Below, piece by piece: positions 16,552 to 25,618 of a DNA stretch of 25,618 nt. The position numbers and the translations under genes are program-made. The notes under the pieces were generated by a model, which was not told the DNA's origin, searched no databases, and was given only the letters and a program-made list of their open reading frames with translations. Source of the stretch: Bacteroidales bacterium (GTDB lineage Bacteria; Bacteroidota; Bacteroidia; Bacteroidales; JAOZTL01). The stretch's first letter is position 1. Each line of letters starts with the position of its first letter. Where the stretch lies: NCBI GenBank assembly GCA_029942205.1, contig JAOZTL010000001.1:1-25618 (forward strand). The letters are read 5' to 3'.

Positions 16552-17508
16552 ATGCAAGAGTCTATATTCAAAGAACTACTGATAGAAGCGGTCAAGCGCA
16601 AACTAAAGAACAGAAAAACCAAAATACCTTCGGAAGAATTTGAGACCGAAGTGCGTCAAACAAAGGTGGAGTTGATTCATATTGTACATGATATGTTTTT
16701 CATTGCATTAGGAATACTTGCCGCAGGCTTTGGTCTGAAAGGTTTTTTGCTCCCCAATATGTTTATTGATGGAGGCGTAACGGGTATATCTCTTATTGTG
16801 AATAAATTAAGCGATTTACCGCTTTCTATACTTTTGTTTATTATCAATTTACCGTTTATCATCATGGGGTATTCGAGTATCAGCCGCCAATTTGCTTTTC
16901 GTAGCATTATAGCCATTATGTTGCTGGCTGTTACTGTTCATTTTGTCGAATTTCCGATTATTACAGACGATAAATTGCTGATTGCTGTTTTCGGTGGATT
17001 CTTTTTGGGTCTCGGCATCGGATTGAGCATGCGAGGCGGTGCGGTGATTGACGGTACAGAGGTATTGGCAATATTCATCAGTAAGCGTACACCGTTCTCT
17101 ATTGGTGATGTTATTCTACTGTTTAATGTTTTTATCTTTGGTGCAGCTGCCTATGTGTTTACTATCGAAGTAGCATTATATGCCATGCTTACTTATCTGG
17201 CTGCTGCCAAGACGGTAGACTTTGTGGTGTCGGGTATCGAGGAGTATGTGGGTGTTACTATTATTTCGGATAATAATGAAGCAATACGTTTGGCTATTAT
17301 CGATAAACTAGGGCGTGGTTGCACGATATATTCGGGGCGTGGAGGTAAAGATCAAGAGGAAATTGACATCATTTACACCTTAATCACTCGGTTGGAATTG
17401 CCTAAACTGCATACGGAGGTGGACAAAATCGATGAATCGGCATTTTTGGTCATGCACAGCATCAAAGACGTAAAAGGAGGAATGATTAAGAAAAGAAATA
17501 CACACTAG
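16552..17508 (+). CDS. YitT family membrane protein (with DUF2179 C-terminus)
   Basis: FLLPNMFIDGGVTGISL, GGAVIDGTEVLAI and GRGCTIYSG motifs; ATG 16552 preferred over TTG 16468. Confidence 0.92.
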   Translation: MQESIFKELLIEAVKRKLKNRKTKIPSEEFETEVRQTKVELIHIVHDMFFIALGILAAGFGLKGFLLPNMFIDGGVTGISLIVNKLSDLPLSILLFIINLPFIIMGYSSISRQFAFRSIIAIMLLAVTVHFVEFPIITDDKLLIAVFGGFFLGLGIGLSMRGGAVIDGTEVLAIFISKRTPFSIGDVILLFNVFIFGAAAYVFTIEVALYAMLTYLAAAKTVDFVVSGIEEYVGVTIISDNNEAIRLAIIDKLGRGCTIYSGRGGKDQEEIDIIYTLITRLELPKLHTEVDKIDESAFLVMHSIKDVKGGMIKKRNTH

Positions 17509-17714
17509 GTATTCGCCCCCACTTGATAAGCACCTATAAAAAATTAATTGTATACTGAAATGCTATCATGATTATGAATTTAAAACGTTTCTTTTCTACC
17601 TGTTTTCACTCATAAAATTATTCCATAACACAGGCTATGCAAGAATTTTATGAATAAAAACAAATAAAAAATAATTCATTTTCTAAATCACAATTATAAC
17701 AGCAATTCAGTATA

Positions 17715-19022
17715 TTATTCAATTCTTTTGATTTTCGCACCAATTGCATTTAGTCTAATGTCAATATTTTCATACCCACGATCTATTTGTTCAATATTGT
17801 GTATCATACTTTTTCCTTTGGCCGAAAGAGCAGCAATCAATAACGATACGCCTGCTCGTATATCGGGCGAGGTCATGGTAGTGCCTCGCAAAGCAAGTTT
17901 TCTGTCTAAGCCTATTACTGTGGCTCGATGCGGATCACACAAGATTATTTGTGCTCCCATGTCTATTAGTTTATCGACAAAAAACAAACGACTTTCAAAC
18001 ATTTTTTGATGAATCAACACACTTCCCTTTGCTTGCGTAGCAACTACAAGTAATACGCTAATCAGGTCGGGGGTTAGTCCAGGCCAAGGCGCATCGGCGA
18101 TGGTCATGATCGATCCGTCTATAAATGTTTCTATTTCATAATTTTCGTGTTTGGGTATAAAAATGTCATCATTAATTCGTTCTATCTTTATACCTAAACG
18201 TTTAAATGTTGCTGGTATTATGCCTAATTTATCGAAAGCTACGTTTTTTATCGTAATTTCCGATTTGGTCATTACTGCCAAGCCTATAAAGCTTCCTATT
18301 TCAATCATATCAGGCAAAACGGTGTGCGATGTTCCGTGCAACGATTTTATGCCATCAATCTGTAATAAGTTAGAGCCAATGCCACTGATTTTTGCTCCCA
18401 TGCTATTCAGCATCAAGCATAACTGTTGGATATAAGGCTCACAAGCAGCATTGTAGATGCTCGTATGCCCTTTGGCAAATACGGCTGCCATCAGAATGTT
18501 AGCTGTGCCCGTTACCGATGCTTCTTCTAGGAGCATATCCGTGCCATGTAGCTGCTTTGCGCTGGCTTGATAAAAGTGTGTTTCGTCGTCGTAATGAAAA
18601 CTTGCACCTAGTTTTTGAAAGCCTTCAAAGTGAGTATCTAAACGCCGCCGACCTATTTTGTCGCCACCTGGTTGTGGAATAAATGCTTTTCCGAATCTTG
18701 CCAATAATGGTCCCACGATCATTACCGAACCCCGTAAACTTGCTCCTTGCGTTTTGAATGCATCGCTGGTAAAATAATCCATGTCGATGGAATCTGCACG
18801 AAATGAAACCGTTCCTTTTTGTTTTTTTTCCACTTTTACTCCCATGTTTGCTAATAAGTCGATTAGCTTATTGACATCAAGGATATTTGGAATATTGTGA
18901 ATTAAAACCTCATCGGGAGTCAATATCGTGGCGCATATTATTTGTAATGCTTCATTTTTAGCTCCTTGTGGGTGAAGTTCGCCTTGTAGACTTAGTCCGC
19001 CTTCTATTTCAAATGCACTCAT
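17715..19022 (-). CDS. murA: UDP-N-acetylglucosamine 1-carboxyvinyltransferase
   Basis: GAKNEAL, LRGSV..GPLLARFG, PGGDKIGRRRLDTH, SVTGTANI, AACEPY, SPDIRAG and DRGYENI motifs. Confidence 0.98.
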   Translation of the reverse strand: MSAFEIEGGLSLQGELHPQGAKNEALQIICATILTPDEVLIHNIPNILDVNKLIDLLANMGVKVEKKQKGTVSFRADSIDMDYFTSDAFKTQGASLRGSVMIVGPLLARFGKAFIPQPGGDKIGRRRLDTHFEGFQKLGASFHYDDETHFYQASAKQLHGTDMLLEEASVTGTANILMAAVFAKGHTSIYNAACEPYIQQLCLMLNSMGAKISGIGSNLLQIDGIKSLHGTSHTVLPDMIEIGSFIGLAVMTKSEITIKNVAFDKLGIIPATFKRLGIKIERINDDIFIPKHENYEIETFIDGSIMTIADAPWPGLTPDLISVLLVVATQAKGSVLIHQKMFESRLFFVDKLIDMGAQIILCDPHRATVIGLDRKLALRGTTMTSPDIRAGVSLLIAALSAKGKSMIHNIEQIDRGYENIDIRLNAIGAKIKRIE

Positions 19023-19033
19023 TCTTTTATTTT

Positions 19034-19618
19034 TTATTTCTTCGGAACACGGCGACGTTTGTTGCGATGTACGATTTCTTTTGATTCTGCAAGTTTCATG
19101 TCTTTGTTTATAACTAGTTTTCCATTAGACAATTCATTGATTGCAGAAAAAATAATATCGTCTGTTACCACATCTTTATTCCACATGATGTAGGATTTTT
19201 TCATGTGATTCATGATTACTTTTATCAAAAGATTTTTCTCATCACCTTCTGGGTATTCGATTGCTTTATCAATCAATTGCTTAATTACTTTACCAAAATA
19301 GCGATATTTGATGGGTTTTCGGTTGTAAGGAACTTGTTTTGGTCGAGTTTCAAAGTTTTCTTTGGTAGGAACAGGGTAGGGCGAATCGATGTTTAGCTCA
19401 AAGTTTGACATTACTGCCAAATGATCCCATAATTTATGTTTGAAGTCGTTAATGTCGCGCAAGTGTGGATTCATGTTTCCCATTATATTAATAATGGCTA
19501 ATACAAATTCTTTTTGCTTTTCTTTGTCTTCAATTGCTTTAGCTTTGTCTACTAATTCTTGAATGTTTCTACCATATTCGGGTAAATACATTTTTTTTCT
19601 ATTCGTATTGTATTCCAT
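19034..19618 (-). CDS. DUF4290 domain-containing protein
   Basis: LPEYGRNIQ, NPHLRDINDFKHKLWDHL and YRYFGK motifs; 11 nt upstream of murA, as is usual in Bacteroidota. Confidence 0.92.
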   Translation of the reverse strand: MEYNTNRKKMYLPEYGRNIQELVDKAKAIEDKEKQKEFVLAIINIMGNMNPHLRDINDFKHKLWDHLAVMSNFELNIDSPYPVPTKENFETRPKQVPYNRKPIKYRYFGKVIKQLIDKAIEYPEGDEKNLLIKVIMNHMKKSYIMWNKDVVTDDIIFSAINELSNGKLVINKDMKLAESKEIVHRNKRRRVPKK

Positions 19619-19790
19619 TGTACGTATTTAATATTAAATCAATTTTATTTTGAAAAGTCGTTTATGAATCTAAGGTAAGTTGTAATTTATCTTTTTTTTG
19701 TCTAAATTATTCTAAATATAGAATCCTATATTAAAAAAAATAGTACTACTGTATTCAGGTAAAAAAACGGAAGCTTTTTGTTTTAAATTG

Positions 19791-19821
19791 CAAAGTTAAA
19801 CAATTACATGGATAAAACAAA
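19791..19821 (-). promoter_or_regulatory. Bacteroidota promoter TTTG-N19-TAACTTTG for DUF4290-murA
   Basis: Exact -33 (19818-19821) and -7 (19791-19798) consensus with canonical spacing. Confidence 0.7.
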
Positions 19822-19847
19822 GTCTTTTTTTTCTTTTGGCTATAAAT

Positions 19848-19891
19848 TAAGGTCTTTGATCTTTTGATGTTGCTTACGTTAAAACATCAAA
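19848..19891 (+). repeat. Dispersed element followed by an inverted tail remnant
   Basis: TAAGGTCTTTGATCTTTTGATGTTGCTTACG...AACATCAAA. Confidence 0.85.
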
Positions 19892-20016
19892 TCTTCCGAA
19901 ACTTGAGGACATTTGATCGTCTGGTTTTAGTCTAATCCATACGATCGAATGTTCCCAGCAAACTGTACCAATCGGGGGGATATTAAATTATGGGTAAAAA
20001 TCGCACTTAAAAATAT

Positions 20017-20047
20017 TTTGCTTACGCTTAAATTCATTTTATCTTTA
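20017..20047 (+). promoter_or_regulatory. Putative promoter TTTG-N19-TATCTTTA for the helicase
   Basis: Canonical spacing with one mismatch in the -7 box. Confidence 0.5.
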
Positions 20048-20129
20048 CGCATTCTTTTTTCATTAATTAACAGAAATGCAACCTTTTTTAACTTTACAAA
20101 GTAAGGTTACATAATATACTTTTGATCGA

Positions 20130-22427
20130 ATGACAAACTACTTGGATGAATTAAACGACGTACAGCGGCAAGCGGTGGAGCAAACCACTGGCGCATCACT
20201 CGTAATTGCTGGCGCAGGATCGGGCAAAACCCGAGTATTGACTTATCGAATTGTACATCTGCTGAATCAGGGAGTTCGCCCAAGCAATATTTTGTCTCTC
20301 ACGTTTACCAACAAAGCGGCACGTGAAATGAAAGAACGTATCGCCTCCATCGTTGGTGAAGAAACGGCTCGCTACATCTGGATGGGAACATTTCATTCTA
20401 TTTTTGCCAAAATATTACGTATCGAAGCCGAAGCGATAGGCTATGCCTCTAACTTTACGATTTACGATGCCGATGATTCTAAGAATTTGATCAAAAATAT
20501 CATTAAGGAATTTAAGCTCGACGATCAAGCCTACAAACCAAATGTGGTATTCAGTAGGATTTCGCAAGCTAAAAACAATTTGGTTACCGCTCAAGCTTAT
20601 GCTGCCAATCCACGTTTAGTGCAAATTGATAAAAGCACAAAAACACCCGAAATTCATCAAATTTACAAAACCTATGCCCAACGATGCTTTCAGTCGGGCG
20701 TAATGGATTTTGATGATTTATTGCTACAAACTAATATTTTGTTTCGCAATAAGCCTGAAATATTGAAAAAATACCAAGATAAATTCAAATTCATACTCGT
20801 AGACGAGTACCAAGATACCAATTCGTCGCAGTATTTAATCATCCGAAAACTATCGGAAACAAATCAAAATATATGCGTGGTAGGCGATGATGCACAAAGT
20901 ATTTATTCGTTTCGGGGTGCGAAAATTGAAAATATTCTGAACTATCAAAAAGATTATCCAAATTGCCACGTTTTCAAGCTGGAACAGAATTACCGTTCGA
21001 CACAAAACATTGTAGATGCAGCCAATAGTATTATTGCAAAGAATAAACATCAGATACAAAAGCATGTTTTTTCGGAGAACAGCAAAGGCAAGCGAATAAA
21101 AGTAATTCAAGCGGTTACGGATGTTGAAGAAGGTTATAAAGTAAGTAATGACATCATCGAAAAGCATTTAGGGAATCATTATGATTTCAAGGATTTTGTG
21201 ATTCTATATCGCACCAATGCTCAATCTCGAATATTTGAAGAATCCTTGCGCAAACGCAATATTCCGTACAAAATTTATGGCGGATTATCGTTTTATCAAC
21301 GCAAAGAAATAAAAGACTTATTGGCTTATTTTCGGTTTATTGTCAATCAGCGTGATAGCGAGGCGCTCAAGCGAATTATTAATTACCCGAAACGAGGAAT
21401 TGGCGTGGCATCGGTTGGCAAAATCGAGCAGGCTGCCCGAATGGCAGAAACAAGTATGTGGGAGGTCATTACCAATTTAGCTTCATTTAATCTAGGATTT
21501 ACCGCCCGTACAATCAATCCGTTGCGTGAATTTGTGGGCTTAATATTATCGCTCATTCGTGAACAAGAACAAAACAATGCCTATGAAATGGCATCGATGA
21601 TTGCCTCCAAATCGGGTATTCTCAAAGGTCTATACAGCGACACAACCCCCGAAGGCGTTAGCCGATACGAAAATGTACAGGAATTGCTCAACGGAATAAA
21701 AGAGTTTAATAGCCAAGCCGAAAGCAGAGACGAAATTGCTACGCTTTCTCTTTACATGGAAGACGTTGCCCTGCTTACCAGCGACGACAAAAACGACAAA
21801 ACGGATAACAATCGAGTAGCTTTAATGACAATACACTCAGCCAAAGGGCTTGAGTTTAAAAATGTTTACATCGTAGGGGTCGAAGAAAACCTGTTTCCAT
21901 CCTTGCGAAGTGTAGGCTCGCAAAGCGAAATAGAGGAAGAACGGCGACTGTTTTATGTAGCAGTAACTCGTGCCGAAGAACACTTGAGCATTTCGTTTGC
22001 CAAATCCAGATACAAATGGGGACAGCTATACGATTGTGCCCCAAGCCGATTTATTACCGAAATAGACGAACTGTATGTCGATTTGCCCGAAAATGAATCA
22101 TTTGAAGAACAAAAAGAAACGCCTTCTTATAGCTTTAATAAACGTCCTGCGGCAAACAAAAAAACAAACTTATCAAGTAGGCGAGTAATCAATACCCAAC
22201 GGGCACAAAAAACAAATCCGGCAGCGGCATCCAACTTTACGAGTGATGATCCGAATAAACTAGAAATAGGTATGAATATTGAACATCAGCGTTTTGGAAA
22301 AGGTTTTGTAGAGGATTTACAAGGCGAATTTCCTAACAAAAAAGCAACCATCGTTTTTGAAAAAGAAGGAACAAAATTATTGTTGCTCAAATTTGCTAAA
22401 CTAAAAATACTTAAAGAACATAAATAA
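20130..22427 (+). CDS. pcrA: ATP-dependent DNA helicase, UvrD/PcrA family
   Basis: AGAGSGKT, TFTNKAA, LVDEYQDTN, VGDDAQSIYSFRGA, LEQNYRS, TIHSAKGLEF, EEERRLFYVAVTRA; C-terminal HQRFGKG Tudor-like domain. Confidence 0.95.
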   Translation: MTNYLDELNDVQRQAVEQTTGASLVIAGAGSGKTRVLTYRIVHLLNQGVRPSNILSLTFTNKAAREMKERIASIVGEETARYIWMGTFHSIFAKILRIEAEAIGYASNFTIYDADDSKNLIKNIIKEFKLDDQAYKPNVVFSRISQAKNNLVTAQAYAANPRLVQIDKSTKTPEIHQIYKTYAQRCFQSGVMDFDDLLLQTNILFRNKPEILKKYQDKFKFILVDEYQDTNSSQYLIIRKLSETNQNICVVGDDAQSIYSFRGAKIENILNYQKDYPNCHVFKLEQNYRSTQNIVDAANSIIAKNKHQIQKHVFSENSKGKRIKVIQAVTDVEEGYKVSNDIIEKHLGNHYDFKDFVILYRTNAQSRIFEESLRKRNIPYKIYGGLSFYQRKEIKDLLAYFRFIVNQRDSEALKRIINYPKRGIGVASVGKIEQAARMAETSMWEVITNLASFNLGFTARTINPLREFVGLILSLIREQEQNNAYEMASMIASKSGILKGLYSDTTPEGVSRYENVQELLNGIKEFNSQAESRDEIATLSLYMEDVALLTSDDKNDKTDNNRVALMTIHSAKGLEFKNVYIVGVEENLFPSLRSVGSQSEIEEERRLFYVAVTRAEEHLSISFAKSRYKWGQLYDCAPSRFITEIDELYVDLPENESFEEQKETPSYSFNKRPAANKKTNLSSRRVINTQRAQKTNPAAASNFTSDDPNKLEIGMNIEHQRFGKGFVEDLQGEFPNKKATIVFEKEGTKLLLLKFAKLKILKEHK

Positions 22428-22428
22428 A

Positions 22429-22645
22429 TAAGCTCTTCGCCTATTTGATATTGCTTATGCACTTGTGTATACTAAAATCCTCTGATTGATGTAGTTTCAG
22501 TTTGCTGTTCGTAGTTTGGAAACTACGACCCAAATTTTGTCAAATTTTAATCAATCCAATAAAAGATTTTGCTAATGAAGGAGATTGCTTATCTTTGCAG
22601 GATCAAAAAAGTCGAAAACCTTAACATCAAAAAGGTCGAAGACTT
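22429..22645. repeat. Dispersed element copies bracketing the pcrA-era intergenic region (22429-22477 +; 22602-22622 and 22623-22645 -)
   Basis: TAAGCTCTTCGCCTATTTGATATTGCTTATGCAC; AACATCAAAAAGGTCGAAGACTT. Confidence 0.85.
22568..22597 (+). promoter_or_regulatory. Promoter TTTG-N18-TATCTTTG for era-der
   Basis: Exact -7 box at 22590-22597 and TTTG at 22568-22571. Confidence 0.65.
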
Positions 22646-22666
22646 CAAATTATATATTTTTTGTAC

Positions 22667-23545
22667 ATGAATAAACACAAAGCAGGTTTTGTAAACATCA
22701 TAGGCAATCCCAACGTAGGGAAATCGACCTTGATGAACGCTCTGGTAGGCGAACGCATATCGATTATCACCTCCAAATCACAAACCACACGTCATCGTAT
22801 TATGGGAATTGTTAATTCCGATGATTTCCAAATCGTATACTCCGATACGCCTGGCGTACTCGATCCGCAATACAAATTGCAAGAATCGATGATGAAATTT
22901 GCCTCATCGGCGCTTACCGATGCTGATATTATTTTGTATGTTACCGACGTATACGAAACATTTGACAAAAACCAAACATTCCTGGATAGAGTCAAAAAAG
23001 TAGAAGTTCCTGTATTTTTGGTATTGAACAAAATTGATATGTCGGATCAAGAAAAGCTAGAAAAGCTTATCGACTTATGGCAAAAAGAAATTCCACATGC
23101 AACAATTTTTCCTATTTCGGCATTAGAAAAATTCAATACCGACAATTTATTGACCAAAATAGTAGAAACATTGCCAGAAAACGAAGCATATTTTCCAAAA
23201 CATCAATTAACCGATAAAAGCGAACGTTTCTTTGTATCGGAAATTATTCGAGAAAAGATACTCGAAAACTATAAAAAAGAAATTCCATATTCGGTAGAAA
23301 TCGAAGTGGAAGAATTTAAGGAAGAAGAAAATATCATCCGTATACGTGCCATTATTTATGTAACTCGTGATTCGCAAAAAGGCATTATTATTGGACACAA
23401 AGGCGCTGCTCTCAAACGAGTAGGCACACAGGCACGAAAAGATATGGAAGTCTTTTTTGATAAAAAAATATTTTTGGCAACACATGTAAAAGTGAACAAA
23501 GACTGGCGCAATAAACCAAAATCACTAAAAGATTTTGGATACTAG
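22667..23545 (+). CDS. era: GTPase Era
   Basis: [30 protein letters not shown] and KH-domain SQKGIIIG; ATG 22667. Confidence 0.98.
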   Translation: MNKHKAGFVNIIGNPNVGKSTLMNALVGERISIITSKSQTTRHRIMGIVNSDDFQIVYSDTPGVLDPQYKLQESMMKFASSALTDADIILYVTDVYETFDKNQTFLDRVKKVEVPVFLVLNKIDMSDQEKLEKLIDLWQKEIPHATIFPISALEKFNTDNLLTKIVETLPENEAYFPKHQLTDKSERFFVSEIIREKILENYKKEIPYSVEIEVEEFKEEENIIRIRAIIYVTRDSQKGIIIGHKGAALKRVGTQARKDMEVFFDKKIFLATHVKVNKDWRNKPKSLKDFGY

Positions 23546-23651
23546 GTCTTTGACCTTACTTAATTGATAATTGATAATTTTGCTTTCGCCTTATCTACAT
23601 GTAATAGTTTTGCATAAGTGCATAAGCAACTATAAATAGGTCGAAGACCTA
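23543..23651. repeat. Inverted pair of the dispersed element spanning the era-der gap, TA at both ends
   Basis: TAGGTCTTTGACCTT (23543) ... TGTAATAGTTTTGCATAAGTGCATAAGCAAC...TAGGTCGAAGACCTA (23600-23651). Confidence 0.88.
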
Positions 23652-23668
23652 AATAAATAAACAAAATA

Positions 23669-24979
23669 ATGAGTAATATAGTAGCAATTGTTGGTCGCCC
23701 GAATGTAGGCAAATCAACACTTTTTAATCGCCTCATACAAGCACGAAAAGCAATCATACACGAATCGAGTGGGGTAACTCGTGATCGACATTATGGCAAA
23801 AGCGACTGGAATGGAAAAGAATTTTCCTTGGTCGATACAGGGGGGTATGTACGCAATTCGGACGATATTTTTGAAGAAGAAATTCGCAAACAAGTACTCA
23901 TTGCTATCGAAGAGGCGCAAGTGATTCTGTTTGTGGTGGATGTATTGAGTGGAATCACTGATTTGGACGAGCAGGTAGCCGATCTTTTGCGTAAATCGAA
24001 GAAACAAATCCTTGTGGTGGTCAATAAAATAGACAATAACCAACGTCGCTACGAAGCTGCCGAGTTTTATGGTTTAGGCTTGGGCGAAATCAATATGCTA
24101 TCGGCTATCAATGGTAGTGGTACGGGTGATTTGCTCGACAAAGTAGTGGAGCTTTTGCCTAGCGACGAAGAAACAAAAGACGATGAGGATAGCCCACCAA
24201 AGTTTGCTATCGTTGGACGACCAAATGCAGGTAAATCGTCGCTTGTAAATGCTCTCATTGGTCAAGAACGGAACATTGTTACACCAATATCAGGAACAAC
24301 ACGTGACTCGATATACACACGCTACAATAAATTTGGGTATGATTTTGTACTTGTAGATACGGCTGGATTGCGCAAAAAAGCAAAAGTATCGGAAGATATT
24401 GAATATTATTCCAACTTGCGTGCCATCCGAACCATTGAAGATTCCGACGTTTGCTTATTGATGATTGATGCTACTCGTGGCATCGAAAGCCAGGATTTGA
24501 ATATCTTTAATCTCATTATCCGAAACAAAAAAGGTATCGTTATTTTGGTTAATAAATGGGATTTGATTGATAAAGAAAAAATATCGGCAAAGCAGTTTCA
24601 GGAAGATTTAGAAAAACGCCTTGCTCCATTTATTGATGTGCCCATTCTTTTTATATCGGCACTCACCAAGCAACGTGTATTGAAAGCACTAGAAGCAGGT
24701 ATACAGGTATTTAAAAGTAAAAAACAACGCATCGCAACTTCTAAATTAAATGAATTGATGCAAGCGGCTATTGATAATTATGGTCCACCAGCAGTGAAAG
24801 GGAAATTTATACGAATAAAGTATGTAACTCAATTACCAACGTTTACACCGTCTTTTGCTTTTTTCTGTAATTTACCACAATACATCAAAGATCCATACAA
24901 ACGCTATTTGGAAAATTATTTGCGTAGAGAGTTTAATTTTACTGGTGTGCCTATTCAATTGTTCTTTAGGAAAAAGTAG
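23669..24979 (+). CDS. der: Ribosome biogenesis GTPase Der (EngA)
   Basis: Two G domains (GRPNVGKS...DTGG; GRPNAGKS...DTAG) and C-terminal FNFTGVPI. Confidence 0.98.
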   Translation: MSNIVAIVGRPNVGKSTLFNRLIQARKAIIHESSGVTRDRHYGKSDWNGKEFSLVDTGGYVRNSDDIFEEEIRKQVLIAIEEAQVILFVVDVLSGITDLDEQVADLLRKSKKQILVVVNKIDNNQRRYEAAEFYGLGLGEINMLSAINGSGTGDLLDKVVELLPSDEETKDDEDSPPKFAIVGRPNAGKSSLVNALIGQERNIVTPISGTTRDSIYTRYNKFGYDFVLVDTAGLRKKAKVSEDIEYYSNLRAIRTIEDSDVCLLMIDATRGIESQDLNIFNLIIRNKKGIVILVNKWDLIDKEKISAKQFQEDLEKRLAPFIDVPILFISALTKQRVLKALEAGIQVFKSKKQRIATSKLNELMQAAIDNYGPPAVKGKFIRIKYVTQLPTFTPSFAFFCNLPQYIKDPYKRYLENYLRREFNFTGVPIQLFFRKK

Positions 24980-25003
24980 AAAGAAAATAAAATTACAAAT
25001 ACG

Positions 25004-25534
25004 ATGAAGAAAAAAAAAGGAGTCGTAAGTATATTATTTTTATTCATATTGCTTACACATTGTCAGAAACCAGAAACGTACCCGATAGAGCCATCGGTGT
25101 CTTTTCAGAGCTTTGAGATGAAAGACACACTGGATGAGCTAGGTAACGAAACCAAGCTAGGTATTCTTACTTTTTATATGATTGATGGTGATGGTAATGT
25201 GGGGCTAAATGAATGGGATACAGTCGATATTTATCACAAAGACAGCCTGTTTCATCATAATTTGTTTATAACTTTGCTGGAGAAAACAAATGGCATATTT
25301 AGTGAAGTACCTTTGGCAGCACCGCACTATTATCGAATGCCTTTTATTGAACCCGAAGGGCAAAACAAAACCATCAAAGGAGACGTAACCATTCGGTTGG
25401 AATATGCATTGACATTATTTGATTACGACACCATCAAATATTCATTTTATATGGTGGATAGGGATTTGAACATCAGTAATACAGATACTACGCCAAGTAT
25501 TGCTGGCGATTTTATCGGAAAATTAACGGAATGA
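25004..25534 (+). CDS. Hypothetical lipoprotein
   Basis: Lipobox LLTHC; YP.EP..F and DGDGNVG motifs. Confidence 0.75.
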   Translation: MKKKKGVVSILFLFILLTHCQKPETYPIEPSVSFQSFEMKDTLDELGNETKLGILTFYMIDGDGNVGLNEWDTVDIYHKDSLFHHNLFITLLEKTNGIFSEVPLAAPHYYRMPFIEPEGQNKTIKGDVTIRLEYALTLFDYDTIKYSFYMVDRDLNISNTDTTPSIAGDFIGKLTE

Positions 25535-25618
25535 TTACCAATCATCAAAAAATAGCAAGCATCGTTCATCAGAATTATTTACTACTGCCAGTGCTTAAGC
25601 GGTTTGGTATCAAGCTTA
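25531..25618 (+). CDS. 5' fragment of a probable hemerythrin-domain (ScdA-like N-terminus) protein
   Basis: ATGA overlap with the previous stop; MITNHQKIASIVHQNYLLLPVLKRFGIKL resembles N-termini of Bacteroidota hemerythrin-domain proteins. Only 29 codons are visible. Confidence 0.5.
   Translation, partial: MITNHQKIASIVHQNYLLLPVLKRFGIKL

Noticed and set aside
5757-23651. Integron attC sites (hairpins right after stop codons)
   Set aside because: No RYYYAAC/GTTRRRY cores, no integrase, both orientations occur, and core genes (era, pcrA, der, lepA) are flanked.
1-25618. tRNA, rRNA, transposase, integrase or phage genes
   Set aside because: No cloverleaf, rRNA signature or mobile-element ORF was recognised; any enzyme mobilising the repeats must be encoded elsewhere.

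Overview
AT-rich chromosomal window from a Bacteroidota bacterium, inferred from the TAnnTTTG -7 promoter boxes, DUF4290-murA, and Bacteroidetes-type lipoproteins. Housekeeping genes are lepA (5' part, minus strand, missed by the ORF track), murA, a PcrA/UvrD helicase, era and der. An accessory stretch at about 1.3-13 kb holds: (i) a toxin-antitoxin cassette in which a minimal nucleotidyltransferase (MNT) is fused to an addiction-module antitoxin, followed by a frameshifted RelE/ParE toxin, and flanked by a near-perfect duplication of the lepA upstream/promoter region; (ii) a conserved hypothetical gene and a 21/22-bp tandem array; (iii) three tandem von Willebrand factor A (vWA) envelope proteins, two preceded by a shared bipartite motif; (iv) transporters, a signal-peptide YbjN-domain protein, a PAS histidine kinase and YitT. 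Two repeat families fill the intergenic DNA. One is a roughly 35-55 bp hairpin-headed element (TA(A)GGTCTTCGACCTTTTTGATGTTGCTTACGCA..., about 18 copies) whose first bases are the stop codon of five genes and which sits inverted 12-21 nt upstream of four start codons. The other is a 35-bp REP-like hairpin (5 copies) with compensatory stem changes. All family assignments come from motif recognition by eye; no database searches were run.
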